In this document: positions 9,779 through 23,105 of the stretch, piece by piece
How positions within the stretch are numbered: position 1 is the stretch's first letter
Layout: every line of letters begins with the position of its first letter
Assembly: GCA_902627045.1 (NCBI GenBank)
Contig: CACOHP010000002.1
Span: forward strand, 52,962 to 116,961
Length of the DNA: 64,000 nt
Direction of reading: 5' to 3'
Source: an uncultured Pelagibacteraceae bacterium
Lineage (GTDB): Bacteria; Pseudomonadota; Alphaproteobacteria; Pelagibacterales; Pelagibacteraceae
Position numbers and translations under genes: made by a program
Notes under the pieces: generated by a model
Database searches by the model: none
The model's input: the letters and a program-made list of their open reading frames with translations, nothing else
What the model was told of the DNA's origin: nothing

Positions 9779-11028
9779 TAAAAAAAATGTTAACCAGTAT
9801 TGGAAAAAAATCAAAAAGCGCCTCGGCACATCAGATCAGTACTAAAAAGAAAAATAAAGTATTAATAGACTACTGTTCACTTATTAAAAAAAACCAAAAA
9901 TTAATCCTTAGTGCTAATAAAAGAGATGTTAATAGATCAATAAGTAAGGGAGTGAAGAAAAACTTAATTGATCGTCTTATTTTGAATGAAAATAAAATAG
10001 ACAGTATTATTAGTTCAATAAAATCTGTAATAAAACTTAAAGACCCAACAAATAGAATTTTAGAAAGATGGAAGAGACCAAATGGATTAAATATTTCAAA
10101 AATCTCAATTCCTATAGGAATAATCGCTATTATTTATGAGAGTAGGCCAAATGTTACCTCGGATGTAGCATCGTTATGTTTTAAGTCTGGAAATCCAGTA
10201 ATTTTACGAGGTGGATCAGAAGCTTTTTTTTCAAATAAAATTTTGTCAAAGCTCTTTAGAGACTCATTAAAAAAAAATGATATTAATGAAAATTTTGTTC
10301 AATTTATTGATTCCACTAATAGAAATATTGTTGATTTTTTATTAAGTAAAATGAGTAAATATGTTGATGTCGTTATTCCAAGAGGCGGAAAAAATTTAGT
10401 AAGAAAAGTTCAAAAATTATCTAACTTACCTGTGATTGGTCATTTGGAAGGAATATGTCACACTTATGTTGATAAGAACGCAGACTTAAATACAGCAAAA
10501 AAAATTATTTTTAATGCAAAATTGAGGAATACAGCAATTTGTGGTGCTACTGAAACGATTTTAATTCATCAAAAAATTTTAAAAAGATCATGTAACATAA
10601 TTTTAAAACACTTAGAAAATCATGGATGTAAAATTATTGGAGATAATAGAATTAAACAGAATTATATAGGGAAGATCATTAAAGCTACTAATAAAGACTG
10701 GTCAAAAGAATATTTATCAGCTACCATTTCTGTAAAATGTGTCACTGATATAAATGATGCAATCGATCATATTAATAAATATGGTACAATGCATACTGAC
10801 TCGATCATCACCACGAATAAGAAGTCAGCAAAAAAATTTTTGAATGAAGTTAAAAGCTCGATTGCTATGCATAATACATCGACTCAATTTGCAGATGGTG
10901 GAGAATTTGGTTTTGGTGGTGAAGTAGGTATTTCAACTAATAAACTTCCTCCTAGAGGCCCTGTTGGACTTAATCAACTAGTTTCTTATAAGTACCAAAT
11001 AACAAGTGATGGAAGAATAAGGAAATAA
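9775..11028 (+). CDS. proA: Gamma-glutamyl phosphate reductase
   Basis: IYESRPNVT, LRGGSEA, IPRGG, CGATET, FADGGEFG, RGPVGL. Confidence 0.96.
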   Translation: MIKKMLTSIGKKSKSASAHQISTKKKNKVLIDYCSLIKKNQKLILSANKRDVNRSISKGVKKNLIDRLILNENKIDSIISSIKSVIKLKDPTNRILERWKRPNGLNISKISIPIGIIAIIYESRPNVTSDVASLCFKSGNPVILRGGSEAFFSNKILSKLFRDSLKKNDINENFVQFIDSTNRNIVDFLLSKMSKYVDVVIPRGGKNLVRKVQKLSNLPVIGHLEGICHTYVDKNADLNTAKKIIFNAKLRNTAICGATETILIHQKILKRSCNIILKHLENHGCKIIGDNRIKQNYIGKIIKATNKDWSKEYLSATISVKCVTDINDAIDHINKYGTMHTDSIITTNKKSAKKFLNEVKSSIAMHNTSTQFADGGEFGFGGEVGISTNKLPPRGPVGLNQLVSYKYQITSDGRIRK

Positions 11029-11029
11029 T

Positions 11030-11548
11030 TTGAGATTTAAAAACAAAATTGGGGTTCTTGGTGGTTCATTTGATCCTGCCCACATAGGTCATCTAGCGAT
11101 ATCAAAAAAAGCCGTAAAAGAATATAAATTGAAAAAAATAATTTGGGCAATTACTTTAGAAAATCCTTTAAAGAAAAAAAATAATACAAGCATCTCTGAT
11201 AGAATTAAAAATTGTAAAAAGATTATAAAGTTAAATAATTTTATAAAGATAAAATTTTATGAAAAAATAATAAGATCTAATAAAACTATTGACTTAATAA
11301 ATTTTTTAAAAAAAACCACCAAAGCTGAAATTTATTTTTTAATGGGGGCAGATAATCTAGTTAATTTTCATAAGTGGCATAAGTGGGAAACTATTTCAAA
11401 AAAATGTAAAATTATAGTTTTTGATCGTCATGGCTATAAAAAAAAATCATTAAATTCAGTATCATATAAAAGATTAAATGGAAAAAGTTTAAAGTTCATT
11501 GAATTCAATAAGGTCAATATTTCATCTTCTCAATTAAGGAAAATTTGA
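11030..11548 (+). CDS. nadD: Nicotinate-nucleotide adenylyltransferase
   Basis: GGSFDPAHIGH, MGADN..W..W, ISSSQLR; TTG start. Confidence 0.9.
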   Translation: MRFKNKIGVLGGSFDPAHIGHLAISKKAVKEYKLKKIIWAITLENPLKKKNNTSISDRIKNCKKIIKLNNFIKIKFYEKIIRSNKTIDLINFLKKTTKAEIYFLMGADNLVNFHKWHKWETISKKCKIIVFDRHGYKKKSLNSVSYKRLNGKSLKFIEFNKVNISSSQLRKI

Positions 11549-11565
11549 TAGAGTAAATGTAATTA

Positions 11566-11916
11566 ATGGATAAAATTTTAGTCTTAAAAAAAATTATCAT
11601 TGAAACTCTAGACATAAATAAAGCTCAAGACATTGTGAGTATAGATTTAAAAGATAAAAGTTCTATGGCCGATTATATGATTATAGCTAGCGGAACTTCT
11701 TCCAGGCATATTCAAGCCTTATCTGAACAAGTTTTAGAAAAACTAAAAGATAGTGGAATAAGAGACTCTAAAATTGAAGGCAAAGATAGCACTGAGTGGA
11801 AACTGGTTGACGGTATTGATCTAATAATACATATTTTCCATCCGGAAAAAAGAAAGTTTTACGAACTTGAAAAAATGTGGTCAGAACTAATACCGAAGGA
11901 AAAATTAATAATATAA
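11566..11916 (+). CDS. rsfS: Ribosome silencing factor RsfS (Iojap)
   Basis: KAQDI, ADYMIIASGTS.RH, W.LVD, R.FYELEKMW. Confidence 0.95.
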   Translation: MDKILVLKKIIIETLDINKAQDIVSIDLKDKSSMADYMIIASGTSSRHIQALSEQVLEKLKDSGIRDSKIEGKDSTEWKLVDGIDLIIHIFHPEKRKFYELEKMWSELIPKEKLII

Positions 11917-13058
11917 TGAATAAAATAATATTAAATTTATTAACTTGTGCTTTAATTTTATTTTTTCTTAATCAAAAAGTTTTTTCTTCTGAAAATGAAA
12001 TTTATAAAAAAATTGACGTTTTTGGTGAAGTTTTAGAAAAAATAAATCAGGAGTACGTTGATGAAATTAATCAATCTGACAGTATGGACTCTGCTATTAA
12101 CGGTTTACTTCAATCCTTAGATCCATATTCAGGCTACATGTCTCCTGAAATTTTTAATGAAATGCAAACTGAAACTAGTGGTGAATTTGGTGGACTTGGA
12201 ATAGAAGTTACAATGGAGTCGGGTGTTGTAAAGGTGATATCCCCAATAGATGATACACCTGCATCAAAGGCTGGAATTAAAGCGGGGGATTATATTGTAA
12301 AAATTAACAACACCCAAGTACAAGGAAAATCTTTAAGTGAAGCAGTTGATTTAATGAGGGGGCCCGTTGGTTCTGCAATAGAATTAACTATAAGAAGACG
12401 GGGAGAAAAGAAGGCTTTAACTTTCAATGTTACAAGAGAAATAATCCAAATTAAGTCAGTAAAAGCAGATCTATTAGAAAAAAATATAGGATATATCCGA
12501 TTAACATCTTTTAATGAAAATAGCTCAGGACAAATTAAAAAAGAAATTAATAAATTTGAAAAAAACAAAAATTTAAGGGCTTATATTTTAGACTTAAGAA
12601 ATAATCCAGGCGGACTACTTTCTCAAGCTATAAAGATTTCTGATTTTTTTTTAGATAATGGTGAAATAGTTTCTACAAAAAGTAGACAACAATCAGAAAA
12701 TAGAAAATGGTTTGCAAAAAAAGGAGACCTTACAAAAGGTAAAACTCTTCTTGTTTTAATAAATTACGGCTCAGCATCTGCATCAGAAATTGTAGCTGGG
12801 GCTCTTAAAGATCATAAAAGAGCTATTTTAATTGGTGAAAATAGTTATGGCAAAGGATCTGTTCAATCAATTATTCCTCTAAAAAATAAAGGGGCTATAA
12901 GATTAACTGTGGCTAAGTATTATTTGCCCTCAGGTAAATCTATTTCCGAAGTAGGGGTATCACCTGATATTGAAATTGACGAGGAAAATGATAATTTCCA
13001 AATTAAAACAGAAACTGATAATCAATTAAATTACGCAATTAAACTGCTTAATGGTTGA
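11916..13058 (+). CDS. ctpA: C-terminal processing protease (S41A, PDZ)
   Basis: Signal peptide from ATG 11916 (TAATG coupling to rsfS); LDPYS, FGGLG, DLRNNPGG, SASASEI, GKGSVQ. Confidence 0.93.
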   Translation: MNKIILNLLTCALILFFLNQKVFSSENEIYKKIDVFGEVLEKINQEYVDEINQSDSMDSAINGLLQSLDPYSGYMSPEIFNEMQTETSGEFGGLGIEVTMESGVVKVISPIDDTPASKAGIKAGDYIVKINNTQVQGKSLSEAVDLMRGPVGSAIELTIRRRGEKKALTFNVTREIIQIKSVKADLLEKNIGYIRLTSFNENSSGQIKKEINKFEKNKNLRAYILDLRNNPGGLLSQAIKISDFFLDNGEIVSTKSRQQSENRKWFAKKGDLTKGKTLLVLINYGSASASEIVAGALKDHKRAILIGENSYGKGSVQSIIPLKNKGAIRLTVAKYYLPSGKSISEVGVSPDIEIDEENDNFQIKTETDNQLNYAIKLLNG

Positions 13059-13536
13059 AATTCAGGAGAAATATAAAAATCTACCATACAGAGTGGGTGT
13101 AGGTATAATTGTTCTTAATAAGGAAAATAAAATTTTTGTAGCGAAAAGAATTGATAATCCGAAAGGTTTTTGGCAAATGCCGCAAGGAGGTGTGGACAAA
13201 GGAGAAGATTTTTTATCTGCTGCTTATAGAGAATTAGAGGAAGAGACTAGTATTAAAAACGTAGAATTAATTACCGAAATTGACGAAATTACAAGTTATG
13301 AATTACCAAATCATCTTCTAGGTAAAATATGGAAAGGTAAATTTAAGGGGCAGAAACAAAAGTGGTTCTTGATGAGATACCTTGGCAATGATGATGAGAT
13401 TAATATTAATACCCCCAAACCAGAATTCTTTGAGTGGAAATGGGCTGATCTAAATTCTATTACAGAGATAGTGGTAAGCTTTAAGCTAAATGTTTATAAA
13501 ATTCTACAAAGTAAATTGAAAAAGATTATCAATTAA
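13051..13536 (+). CDS. rppH: RNA pyrophosphohydrolase RppH (Nudix)
   Basis: YR.GVG, WQMPQGG Nudix box RELEEET, GQKQKWF, PEF..WKW. Confidence 0.93.
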   Translation: MVEIQEKYKNLPYRVGVGIIVLNKENKIFVAKRIDNPKGFWQMPQGGVDKGEDFLSAAYRELEEETSIKNVELITEIDEITSYELPNHLLGKIWKGKFKGQKQKWFLMRYLGNDDEININTPKPEFFEWKWADLNSITEIVVSFKLNVYKILQSKLKKIIN

Positions 13537-13920
13537 TAGATCTTAAAACTTCAATTTTTTGATCAATTAAAAATTTTGCTTGATCACTTATATTATCCTT
13601 GGCTGACTCTTTCTCTGCAACTTTTAACATTTCATCTATTTTGTTTTTTTCTATATCTTTAACGCTGAAAATGGAGCTTGTAAGAATTGATAGATTGTTA
13701 TTCTTAAATTCAATTATTCCATCTTCAACGTAATATTTTTCCTCACCAGATTTTGAATAAACTTTAATTATACCAGGTTTTAAAAAAGAAATTATAGATA
13801 TATGATCTTTAAGTATTCCCATCTCTCCCTCAAATGCTGGTACTACGACTTCAGTGACATCCTCCTTTAAAAGAAAGGATTTTTCTGGGTTTACCACCTC
13901 AAGTTTAAACTCTTCAGTCA

Positions 13921-13921
<1 letters not shown>
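13529..13921 (-). CDS. atpC: F1 ATP synthase epsilon subunit
   Basis: VV.PE, P..EGEMGIL..H motif; last gene of atpHAGDC. Confidence 0.92.
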
Positions 13922-16214
<2,293 letters not shown>

Positions 16215-16221
16215 AAATATT

Positions 16222-17757
16222 TTAAGAATTTAACGTTTGTTTTAGCTGTTTTATAACTTCTACTAATTTTTGTTCTGAGTCTTCCTCAAGTTTGCCCGAA
16301 CTCAAGATAGATTCTATAATTTCTGGTTTTTCAGATTTGCATTTTTCAATTATTTTATTTTCAAAATTTGCAATTTCTTTTAGTTCTATGTCATCCAGAT
16401 AACCTTTGACACCACAAAATACTGAAATTACTTGCTCTGCCACAGTCATCGGAGAATATTGTTTTTGTTTTAGTAACTCTGTAAGCTTTGATCCTCTATT
16501 AAGCAATTGTTGTGTTGATGCATCTAAGTCAGAACCAAACTGTGCAAAAGCTGCCATTTCTCTATATTGAGCCAATTCTAGTTTCATCGAACCAGAAACT
16601 TTTTTCATAGCTTTTGTTTGTGCTGCAGATCCAACTCTTGAAACTGAAAGCCCTACATTTATAGCCGGTCTTATACCTTGATTAAAAAGTTCAGTTTCTA
16701 AAAAAATTTGTCCATCCGTTATTGAAATCACATTTGTGGGTATATATGCAGATACATCTCCGCCTTGTGTTTCTATAATTGGTAGTGCCGTTAAAGAACC
16801 ACCACCATGTTCATCACTTAGTTTTGCTGCTCTCTCAAGTAATCTGCTATGAAGGTAAAATACATCTCCAGGATATGCCTCTCTCCCTGGCGGCCTTCTT
16901 AAAATTAAGGACATTTGTCTGTAGGCAACAGCTTGCTTTGAAAGATCATCATAAATTATTAGTGCGTGCATTCCATTATCTCTAAAATACTCACCCATTG
17001 CACAACCAGTGTATGGAGCTAAAAACTGCAAAGGAGCTGAGTCTGATGCTGTTGCAGCAACAATAGTTGTGTACTCCATCGCACCAGCTTCTTCCAAAGT
17101 TTTTTGAATTTGTCTAACAGTTGATCTTTTTTGACCTACAGCTACATAAATACAATACAATTTTTGCTTCTCATCACCTGACTCATTAATTTTCTTTTGA
17201 TTGATGATTGCGTCAACAGCAACTGCTGTTTTACCTGTTTGTCTATCTCCAATAATTAATTCTCTTTGTCCTCTTCCAATTGGCACCAAACTATCAATAG
17301 ATTTTAAACCAGTTTGCATTGGTTCACTAACAGATTGACGAGGTATAATACCTGGTGCCTTTACCTCTACCCTACTTTTCTTAACGCCTTTATCTAGAGC
17401 ACCTTTTCCATCAATAGGATTTCCCAAACCGTCTACCACTCGTCCTAACAATTCTTTTCCAACTGGAGTATCAACGATACTTCCCGTTCTTTTTACTATA
17501 TCTCCTTCTTTAATATTTCTATCGTCACCAAAAATAACAACTCCAACATTTTCACTCTCTAAATTAAGAGCCATTCCTTTTGAACCATCAGTAAACTCTA
17601 CCATTTCACCTGCTTGAACATTGTCAAGACCGTAAATTCTGGCAATACCGTCTCCAACAGATAAAACTTGGCCTACTTCAGATACTTCCGCTTTTTCTCC
17701 AAAGTTTTTAATTTGTTCTTTTAATATTTTTGTTACTTCTGAGGGATTTATTTCCAT
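16222..17757 (-). CDS. atpA: F1 ATP synthase alpha subunit
   Basis: [29 protein letters not shown]. Confidence 0.99.
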   Translation of the reverse strand: MEINPSEVTKILKEQIKNFGEKAEVSEVGQVLSVGDGIARIYGLDNVQAGEMVEFTDGSKGMALNLESENVGVVIFGDDRNIKEGDIVKRTGSIVDTPVGKELLGRVVDGLGNPIDGKGALDKGVKKSRVEVKAPGIIPRQSVSEPMQTGLKSIDSLVPIGRGQRELIIGDRQTGKTAVAVDAIINQKKINESGDEKQKLYCIYVAVGQKRSTVRQIQKTLEEAGAMEYTTIVAATASDSAPLQFLAPYTGCAMGEYFRDNGMHALIIYDDLSKQAVAYRQMSLILRRPPGREAYPGDVFYLHSRLLERAAKLSDEHGGGSLTALPIIETQGGDVSAYIPTNVISITDGQIFLETELFNQGIRPAINVGLSVSRVGSAAQTKAMKKVSGSMKLELAQYREMAAFAQFGSDLDASTQQLLNRGSKLTELLKQKQYSPMTVAEQVISVFCGVKGYLDDIELKEIANFENKIIEKCKSEKPEIIESILSSGKLEEDSEQKLVEVIKQLKQTLNS

Positions 17758-17758
17758 A

Positions 17759-18316
17759 TTATACCTTAATCATTTTATTTTCTATTTGTTGTAATTTATT
17801 TTTAATAGAAGTATCAATCATTGTACTTCCTACTTGTACTATAAGTCCACCAATTAAACTTTCATCATATTTGTAATTTAATTTTATTTTTGAAGTGAAG
17901 TTTTTTGATAACTCATCTTTAATCTTATTAATTTCGTCTTTTGATAGATTTTTTGCTGATTTTATCTCCGTTTTTAATTCGCCTCTTTTTTCTGAACAAA
18001 TTTCAATAAAATTACTCAATATCTGCTCTACAAAGAAAAATCGTCTTTTTTTTACTAAAAAATTTGTGAAATTTTTGAGTAAATTTTCAATTTTCAAATA
18101 ATCAAAAATTTTATTAATTGCATTAACTAAATCATTCTGACTTACTGTAGGATCTTTAATTAAGTTTTTAAAATCTCCACTTGTTTCAATTAAATTTAGT
18201 ATAGATGATGCATTTAACTCTATTTTAGAAAGTACATTTGACTCCTCTGCTAATTCGTATAAAGCTAGAGAATATCTGTTAGCTGAAGTGCTAGAAAAAC
18301 CTTTATCTTTACTCAA
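17759..18316 (-). CDS. atpH: F1 ATP synthase delta subunit
   Basis: A.RYS.AL..LA N-terminus and D.SLIGG...G..MID.S C-terminus; TTG start. Confidence 0.92.
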   Translation of the reverse strand: MSKDKGFSSTSANRYSLALYELAEESNVLSKIELNASSILNLIETSGDFKNLIKDPTVSQNDLVNAINKIFDYLKIENLLKNFTNFLVKKRRFFFVEQILSNFIEICSEKRGELKTEIKSAKNLSKDEINKIKDELSKNFTSKIKLNYKYDESLIGGLIVQVGSTMIDTSIKNKLQQIENKMIKV

Positions 18317-18425
18317 TTTATTACCTTTTAATGTAAATGATTAATTTAAAAAATCAGGATTTAATTAACATATGCCATAATACTCTTCAAGTAACACGTT
18401 TACAAAAAAATGTTTTTTTTAGGCT

Positions 18426-20381
18426 TTAATTGAAGCTTATTGGGTCAACATCAACTGAAAGTTTTATTCCTGGTAAAAATTTATATTTTGTGATCATGGT
18501 AGATAAAGATTTCTGCAATTTCAAATTCTTAGGTCCTCTAATTAACAATCTAATTCTATACTTCCCTTTTAATCTGAATATCGGTGCATTTACAGGTCCT
18601 AAAACTTTACCAATTATTTTATTTTCCAGAAATAATTTGAATTTAGCAGCTTCTTTCTCCAATTTATTTTCATTTTCCCCTTGTAAAATTAAAGAAATAA
18701 ATCTTTGAAATGGAGGTAGACTATTTTTTTTTCTTATTTCTAATTCTTTTTCTAAAAAGATATTTGGATCTTTATTAGTAATATCATCGATCATTGTTGA
18801 ATTATTATTATAAGTCTGGAAATATACAGTTGAGGACTGACCTGTACGTCCCGCTCTTCCAGATAACTGATGATACAGTTGTAAGTTTTTTTCTGCCCCT
18901 CTTAAATCATGACCGTAGGATGATAAATCAATATCAACAACAACTATGCAATTGAGATTTGGAAAATGAAACCCTTTAGAAATTAATTGTGTTCCAATCA
19001 AAATTTCAATTTCATTATTTATTATTTTATCAAGTTTTTCCTTTGAGTTTTTTTTATTCATTGTATCACTAGAAAAAATTTCAATTTTCTTTTGTGGAAA
19101 ATTTTTTTTGACTTCTTCTGAAATTCTTTCTACTCCCGGTCCACTAAAAATAAAATCACAATTTCCATTTTGAGAACAACTTCTTATTAAAGGAGTCTTA
19201 AATCCACAGTAATGACACAATAAATAATTTTTAATCTTATGGTAAACTAAATTTATTGAACAATTTGGACATGAAAAACTAGCTAAACATTTTTTACATA
19301 AAACATTAGGTGAAAAACCTCTTCTGTTCAAAAAAAATAAAACTTGATCTTTTTTTTCAAGGTGGAAATTAACTTTCTGAATTATTTCTTTTGAGAGCCA
19401 AGATTGCTTTTGTAATTTTATGTAATTTAAATTTATGATTTCAAAATTTGGTAAGGAAGCATTTTGGTATCTCTGCTCAAGTCTTGAAAAATTGTACTTA
19501 TTTTTTTTTATATTTACATATGTTTCTAAAGATGGAACAGATGTTATTAAATTGATTGGAATTTTTTCAAATGATGCTCTTGAGATAGCCATGTCTCTAG
19601 CATTATATATTACTCCTTCATCTTGTTTGTATGATTGGTCATGTTCTTCATCAACAACAATTAATCCTAAATTTTTAAACGGTAAGAAAAGAGATGATCT
19701 TGCTCCAATTACAACACTTATTTTTCCCCTAATGATACCTTCCCAAATAATTTTTTTATTTTTTTTTGTAATACCAGAATGCCAAATCGCAGGATTAAAT
19801 TTGAAAAATTCTATGAATTTTTTCTCAAATTGAGTGGTCAAACCAATTTCCGGTAAAAGAATTAAACCTTGAAAACCTTTTGCTAAAACATCTTTTAAAG
19901 CCTCAAAATATACGTATGTCTTACCAGATCCTGTTGCGCCCTGTAAAACATGTACATTAAATTTTTTATTAGAACTATTTATCTGCTCTAAAGATTTTTT
20001 TTGATCATTTGTTAATTTGATAAGATTATCATATTCATTAAAAGTTAAATTTTCATAAAATTTTTGATTAGTATTCTTAAGCTCTTTACCACTTGTTAAT
20101 ACAAGCTTCAGGGCCATACCTCTTGGAACAATATTGTATTCTGAGAACCAATTTAAAAAATTTAATGTTTCTTTTTTTAAACTTGGAATGTCTAATTTAG
20201 TAATAACCTTTTTAGTCTTAAATTTTTTTGAACTATTTTTTTCAAATTCATCCCATACAACACCAGTTTGATTACTTTTACCAAAAGGAACTTCAACAAA
20301 ATCTCCAATTTTTAATTTAATATCACTCTCATAAGTAAACGGGTGATTAAATATATTAGGTAATAGAATCGGAAATTTCAT
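18426..20381 (-). CDS. priA: Primosomal protein N' helicase
   Basis: GATGSGKT, LLPEIGLT, GARS, DEEH, LNRRG, Cys-rich region, GRAGR, VDVDP. Confidence 0.95.
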   Translation of the reverse strand: MKFPILLPNIFNHPFTYESDIKLKIGDFVEVPFGKSNQTGVVWDEFEKNSSKKFKTKKVITKLDIPSLKKETLNFLNWFSEYNIVPRGMALKLVLTSGKELKNTNQKFYENLTFNEYDNLIKLTNDQKKSLEQINSSNKKFNVHVLQGATGSGKTYVYFEALKDVLAKGFQGLILLPEIGLTTQFEKKFIEFFKFNPAIWHSGITKKNKKIIWEGIIRGKISVVIGARSSLFLPFKNLGLIVVDEEHDQSYKQDEGVIYNARDMAISRASFEKIPINLITSVPSLETYVNIKKNKYNFSRLEQRYQNASLPNFEIINLNYIKLQKQSWLSKEIIQKVNFHLEKKDQVLFFLNRRGFSPNVLCKKCLASFSCPNCSINLVYHKIKNYLLCHYCGFKTPLIRSCSQNGNCDFIFSGPGVERISEEVKKNFPQKKIEIFSSDTMNKKNSKEKLDKIINNEIEILIGTQLISKGFHFPNLNCIVVVDIDLSSYGHDLRGAEKNLQLYHQLSGRAGRTGQSSTVYFQTYNNNSTMIDDITNKDPNIFLEKELEIRKKNSLPPFQRFISLILQGENENKLEKEAAKFKLFLENKIIGKVLGPVNAPIFRLKGKYRIRLLIRGPKNLKLQKSLSTMITKYKFLPGIKLSVDVDPISFN

Positions 20382-20403
20382 TCCTAGATAATATGAAAAT
20401 TAT

Positions 20404-21804
20404 TTAAGAGTGTATTGCTCTTTTATCAACAGATAAAGCTGCCTCTTTAACTGCTTCCGAAAATGTAGGGTGAGCATGACATGTTCTTGCTATATCCTCT
20501 GAACTAGCTCCGAATTCCATTGCGATACCAATTTCAGCAATTAATTCACCAGCATGAGGTCCTATCAAATGTGCTCCCAAAACTTTATCTGTTTTTTCGT
20601 CTGCTAAAATTTTAACAAAACCTTCTGTATCATCAATTGCTTTTGCTCTTGAATTTGCTATAAATGAAAATTTTCCAATCTTATATTTAATATTAGACTC
20701 TTTCAGTTGTTCTTCAGTTTTACCGATTGATGCAACTTCTGGTTTTGTATAAATTACACCCGGTATAGTGTCATAGTTAACATGTCCAGATTGCCCTGAA
20801 ATATTTTCTGCAACCGCAATACCCTCATCCTCAGCCTTATGAGCGAGCATTGGTCCTGTAATAACATCGCCAATCGCATATATATTATCTAAATTTGTTT
20901 TAAAATTTTTATCAGTTTGAATTCTTTTCTTATCATCTAAAATTACACCAATCTTTTCTAAATTAAGTCCTTCAGTATTAGGTTTTCTTCCTACTGAAAC
21001 AAGAACAACTTCACAATCAAATTCTTTTTTATTTCCATCTTTATCTATTGTTGAAACAATTGCTCTTGAATTTTTTTTTATAATTTTTTCGACTTTATGC
21101 TGCATATTAAACTTTATTCCCTGCTTCTTTAAAATTTTCATAAATTCATTAGAGATTTCTTTATCCATCCCTGGGGTAATATGATCTAAAAATTCAACAA
21201 CTTGAACTTCTGATCCAAGCCTAGACCAAACAGATCCCATTTCTAAACCAATATAACCACCACCCACTATAATCATTTTTTTTGGAACTTTATCCAATTT
21301 TAATACACCTGTTGATGAGACTATTATTTTTTCATCAAAACTTATTCCTGGTAAAGCTGTTGGAACTGAACCAGTTGCAATTATTGTTTTTTCTGAAAAT
21401 ATCAAACTCTCATTATTATTTGCGTCTTTTATAGAAATTTCATTTTTAGTTTTAAAACTTCCAACACCTTTGTAATAAGTCACTTTGTTTTTTTTAAATA
21501 AAAACTCAACTCCTTTTGTCAAAACCGTTACTGCCTTTTCCTTACTTTTCATCATTTTATTCAAATTGAGTTTAACCTCTCCAACTTCAATACCTTTGTT
21601 TGATAAATTTTTTACTTTATGAAATTCTTCAGATAAATTTAATAAACTTTTTGATGGGATACAACCAACATTCAAACAAGTGCCACCAAGAGATCCTCTT
21701 GACTCTATGCATGCAGTTTTTAAACCTAATTGTGCAAGTCTAATTGCACACACGTAACCTCCGGGCCCTCCTCCAATCACTACTGCTTGAAATTTATCTG
21801 ACAT
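20404..21804 (-). CDS. lpdA: Dihydrolipoamide dehydrogenase (E3)
   Basis: GGGPGG, GGTCLNVGCIPSK, HAHPTFSE. Confidence 0.98.
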   Translation of the reverse strand: MSDKFQAVVIGGGPGGYVCAIRLAQLGLKTACIESRGSLGGTCLNVGCIPSKSLLNLSEEFHKVKNLSNKGIEVGEVKLNLNKMMKSKEKAVTVLTKGVEFLFKKNKVTYYKGVGSFKTKNEISIKDANNNESLIFSEKTIIATGSVPTALPGISFDEKIIVSSTGVLKLDKVPKKMIIVGGGYIGLEMGSVWSRLGSEVQVVEFLDHITPGMDKEISNEFMKILKKQGIKFNMQHKVEKIIKKNSRAIVSTIDKDGNKKEFDCEVVLVSVGRKPNTEGLNLEKIGVILDDKKRIQTDKNFKTNLDNIYAIGDVITGPMLAHKAEDEGIAVAENISGQSGHVNYDTIPGVIYTKPEVASIGKTEEQLKESNIKYKIGKFSFIANSRAKAIDDTEGFVKILADEKTDKVLGAHLIGPHAGELIAEIGIAMEFGASSEDIARTCHAHPTFSEAVKEAALSVDKRAIHS

Positions 21805-23099
21805 TAAATATCTAAAAATAGCCTTCTTGGATTCTCTAAATTTTCCTTAATCATTTTTAAAAAAGAAACAGACTCTTTGCCATCAATAATTCTATGATCA
21901 TAAGATAAAGCTAAATACATGATCGGTCTAACCATAATTTCACCTTCGATTACGACAGGTCTTTCAACAATATTATGCATCCCTAAAACGCCTGATTGTG
22001 GTAGGTTTAGTATTGGAGTTGACAACATAGAACCATAGACACCTCCATTACTAATAGTAAAAGTTCCACCCTGAAGATCTTCAATTGTAAGTTTACCGCT
22101 TTTTGCTTTATCTGATATTTCTTTAATATTTTTTTCAATGTCTGCAAATGACATTACATCGGCGTCTTTTAAAACAGGGACAACAAGACCTTTGTCTGTC
22201 CCAACTGCAAAGCTTATATTATAATAGTTTTTATAAATAATCTCATCACCCTCAATTTCAGCATTTACGGCAGGAAAGTTTTTTAGTGCTACAATAGACG
22301 CTTTTACAAAAAAAGACATCATGCCTAGCTTTATTCCAAATCGATTTTGAAAATCATCTTGATTGTTTTTTCTCATCTCAATTATGTTGGTCATATCTAC
22401 CTCATTAAAAGTAGTTAATAGTGCAGCATTCTCTTGAGCTTGTTTTAATCTTTTAGCAATCGTTTGTCTAAGTCTGGTCATTTTAATTCGTTCTTCCTGA
22501 CCGTATTTTACTTTTCTTTCTGACGGAGGAGGATTTTTGCTCATTAAACTGATTAAGTCTCCCTTTAATAATCTGCCTTCCTTTCCTGTGCCTTTAATTG
22601 TTTCTAAGTTAATTTTATTTTCAGTAACAATCTTTCTTACTGCTGGAGATAAAATTTGTTTGTTTGATATTTTTTTTTTTGCTGGAGAGGTTTTAACTTC
22701 ATCTGTTAAAACAAGTGGTTGATCTTTTTTATCTAATTTATCAGTTGCCTCAGTATCTAACAACTGTGGCTCATTTTGTAGAGGTCCAGAATTTTCAATA
22801 TTCTCTAATTGCACAGTTGGTTTAATTTTTTCGATTTTTTCATCTTTTTTTGCAACATCCCCTTTTTCATCTACTGAGCCTAAAAGAGCTCCAACTTCTA
22901 CGACTGAACCTTCATTAGAAATAATTTCAGTCAATGTACCTGATACCGGAGAAGGTACCTCTAGATTAACCTTATCAGTTTCGAGTTCAACAATTGGCTC
23001 ATCTGCTTGGACTAAATCACCTTTATTTTTAAGCCATTTAGAAACCGTTGCTTCTGTAATACTTTCACCTAAAACAGGAACTTTAATTTTTTCACTCAT
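21804..23099 (-). CDS. sucB: 2-oxoglutarate dehydrogenase E2 (dihydrolipoamide succinyltransferase)
   Basis: Lipoyl domain ETDKV, E3-binding [21 protein letters not shown]. Confidence 0.97.
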   Translation of the reverse strand: MSEKIKVPVLGESITEATVSKWLKNKGDLVQADEPIVELETDKVNLEVPSPVSGTLTEIISNEGSVVEVGALLGSVDEKGDVAKKDEKIEKIKPTVQLENIENSGPLQNEPQLLDTEATDKLDKKDQPLVLTDEVKTSPAKKKISNKQILSPAVRKIVTENKINLETIKGTGKEGRLLKGDLISLMSKNPPPSERKVKYGQEERIKMTRLRQTIAKRLKQAQENAALLTTFNEVDMTNIIEMRKNNQDDFQNRFGIKLGMMSFFVKASIVALKNFPAVNAEIEGDEIIYKNYYNISFAVGTDKGLVVPVLKDADVMSFADIEKNIKEISDKAKSGKLTIEDLQGGTFTISNGGVYGSMLSTPILNLPQSGVLGMHNIVERPVVIEGEIMVRPIMYLALSYDHRIIDGKESVSFLKMIKENLENPRRLFLDI

Positions 23100-23105
23100 T
23101 ATTTA

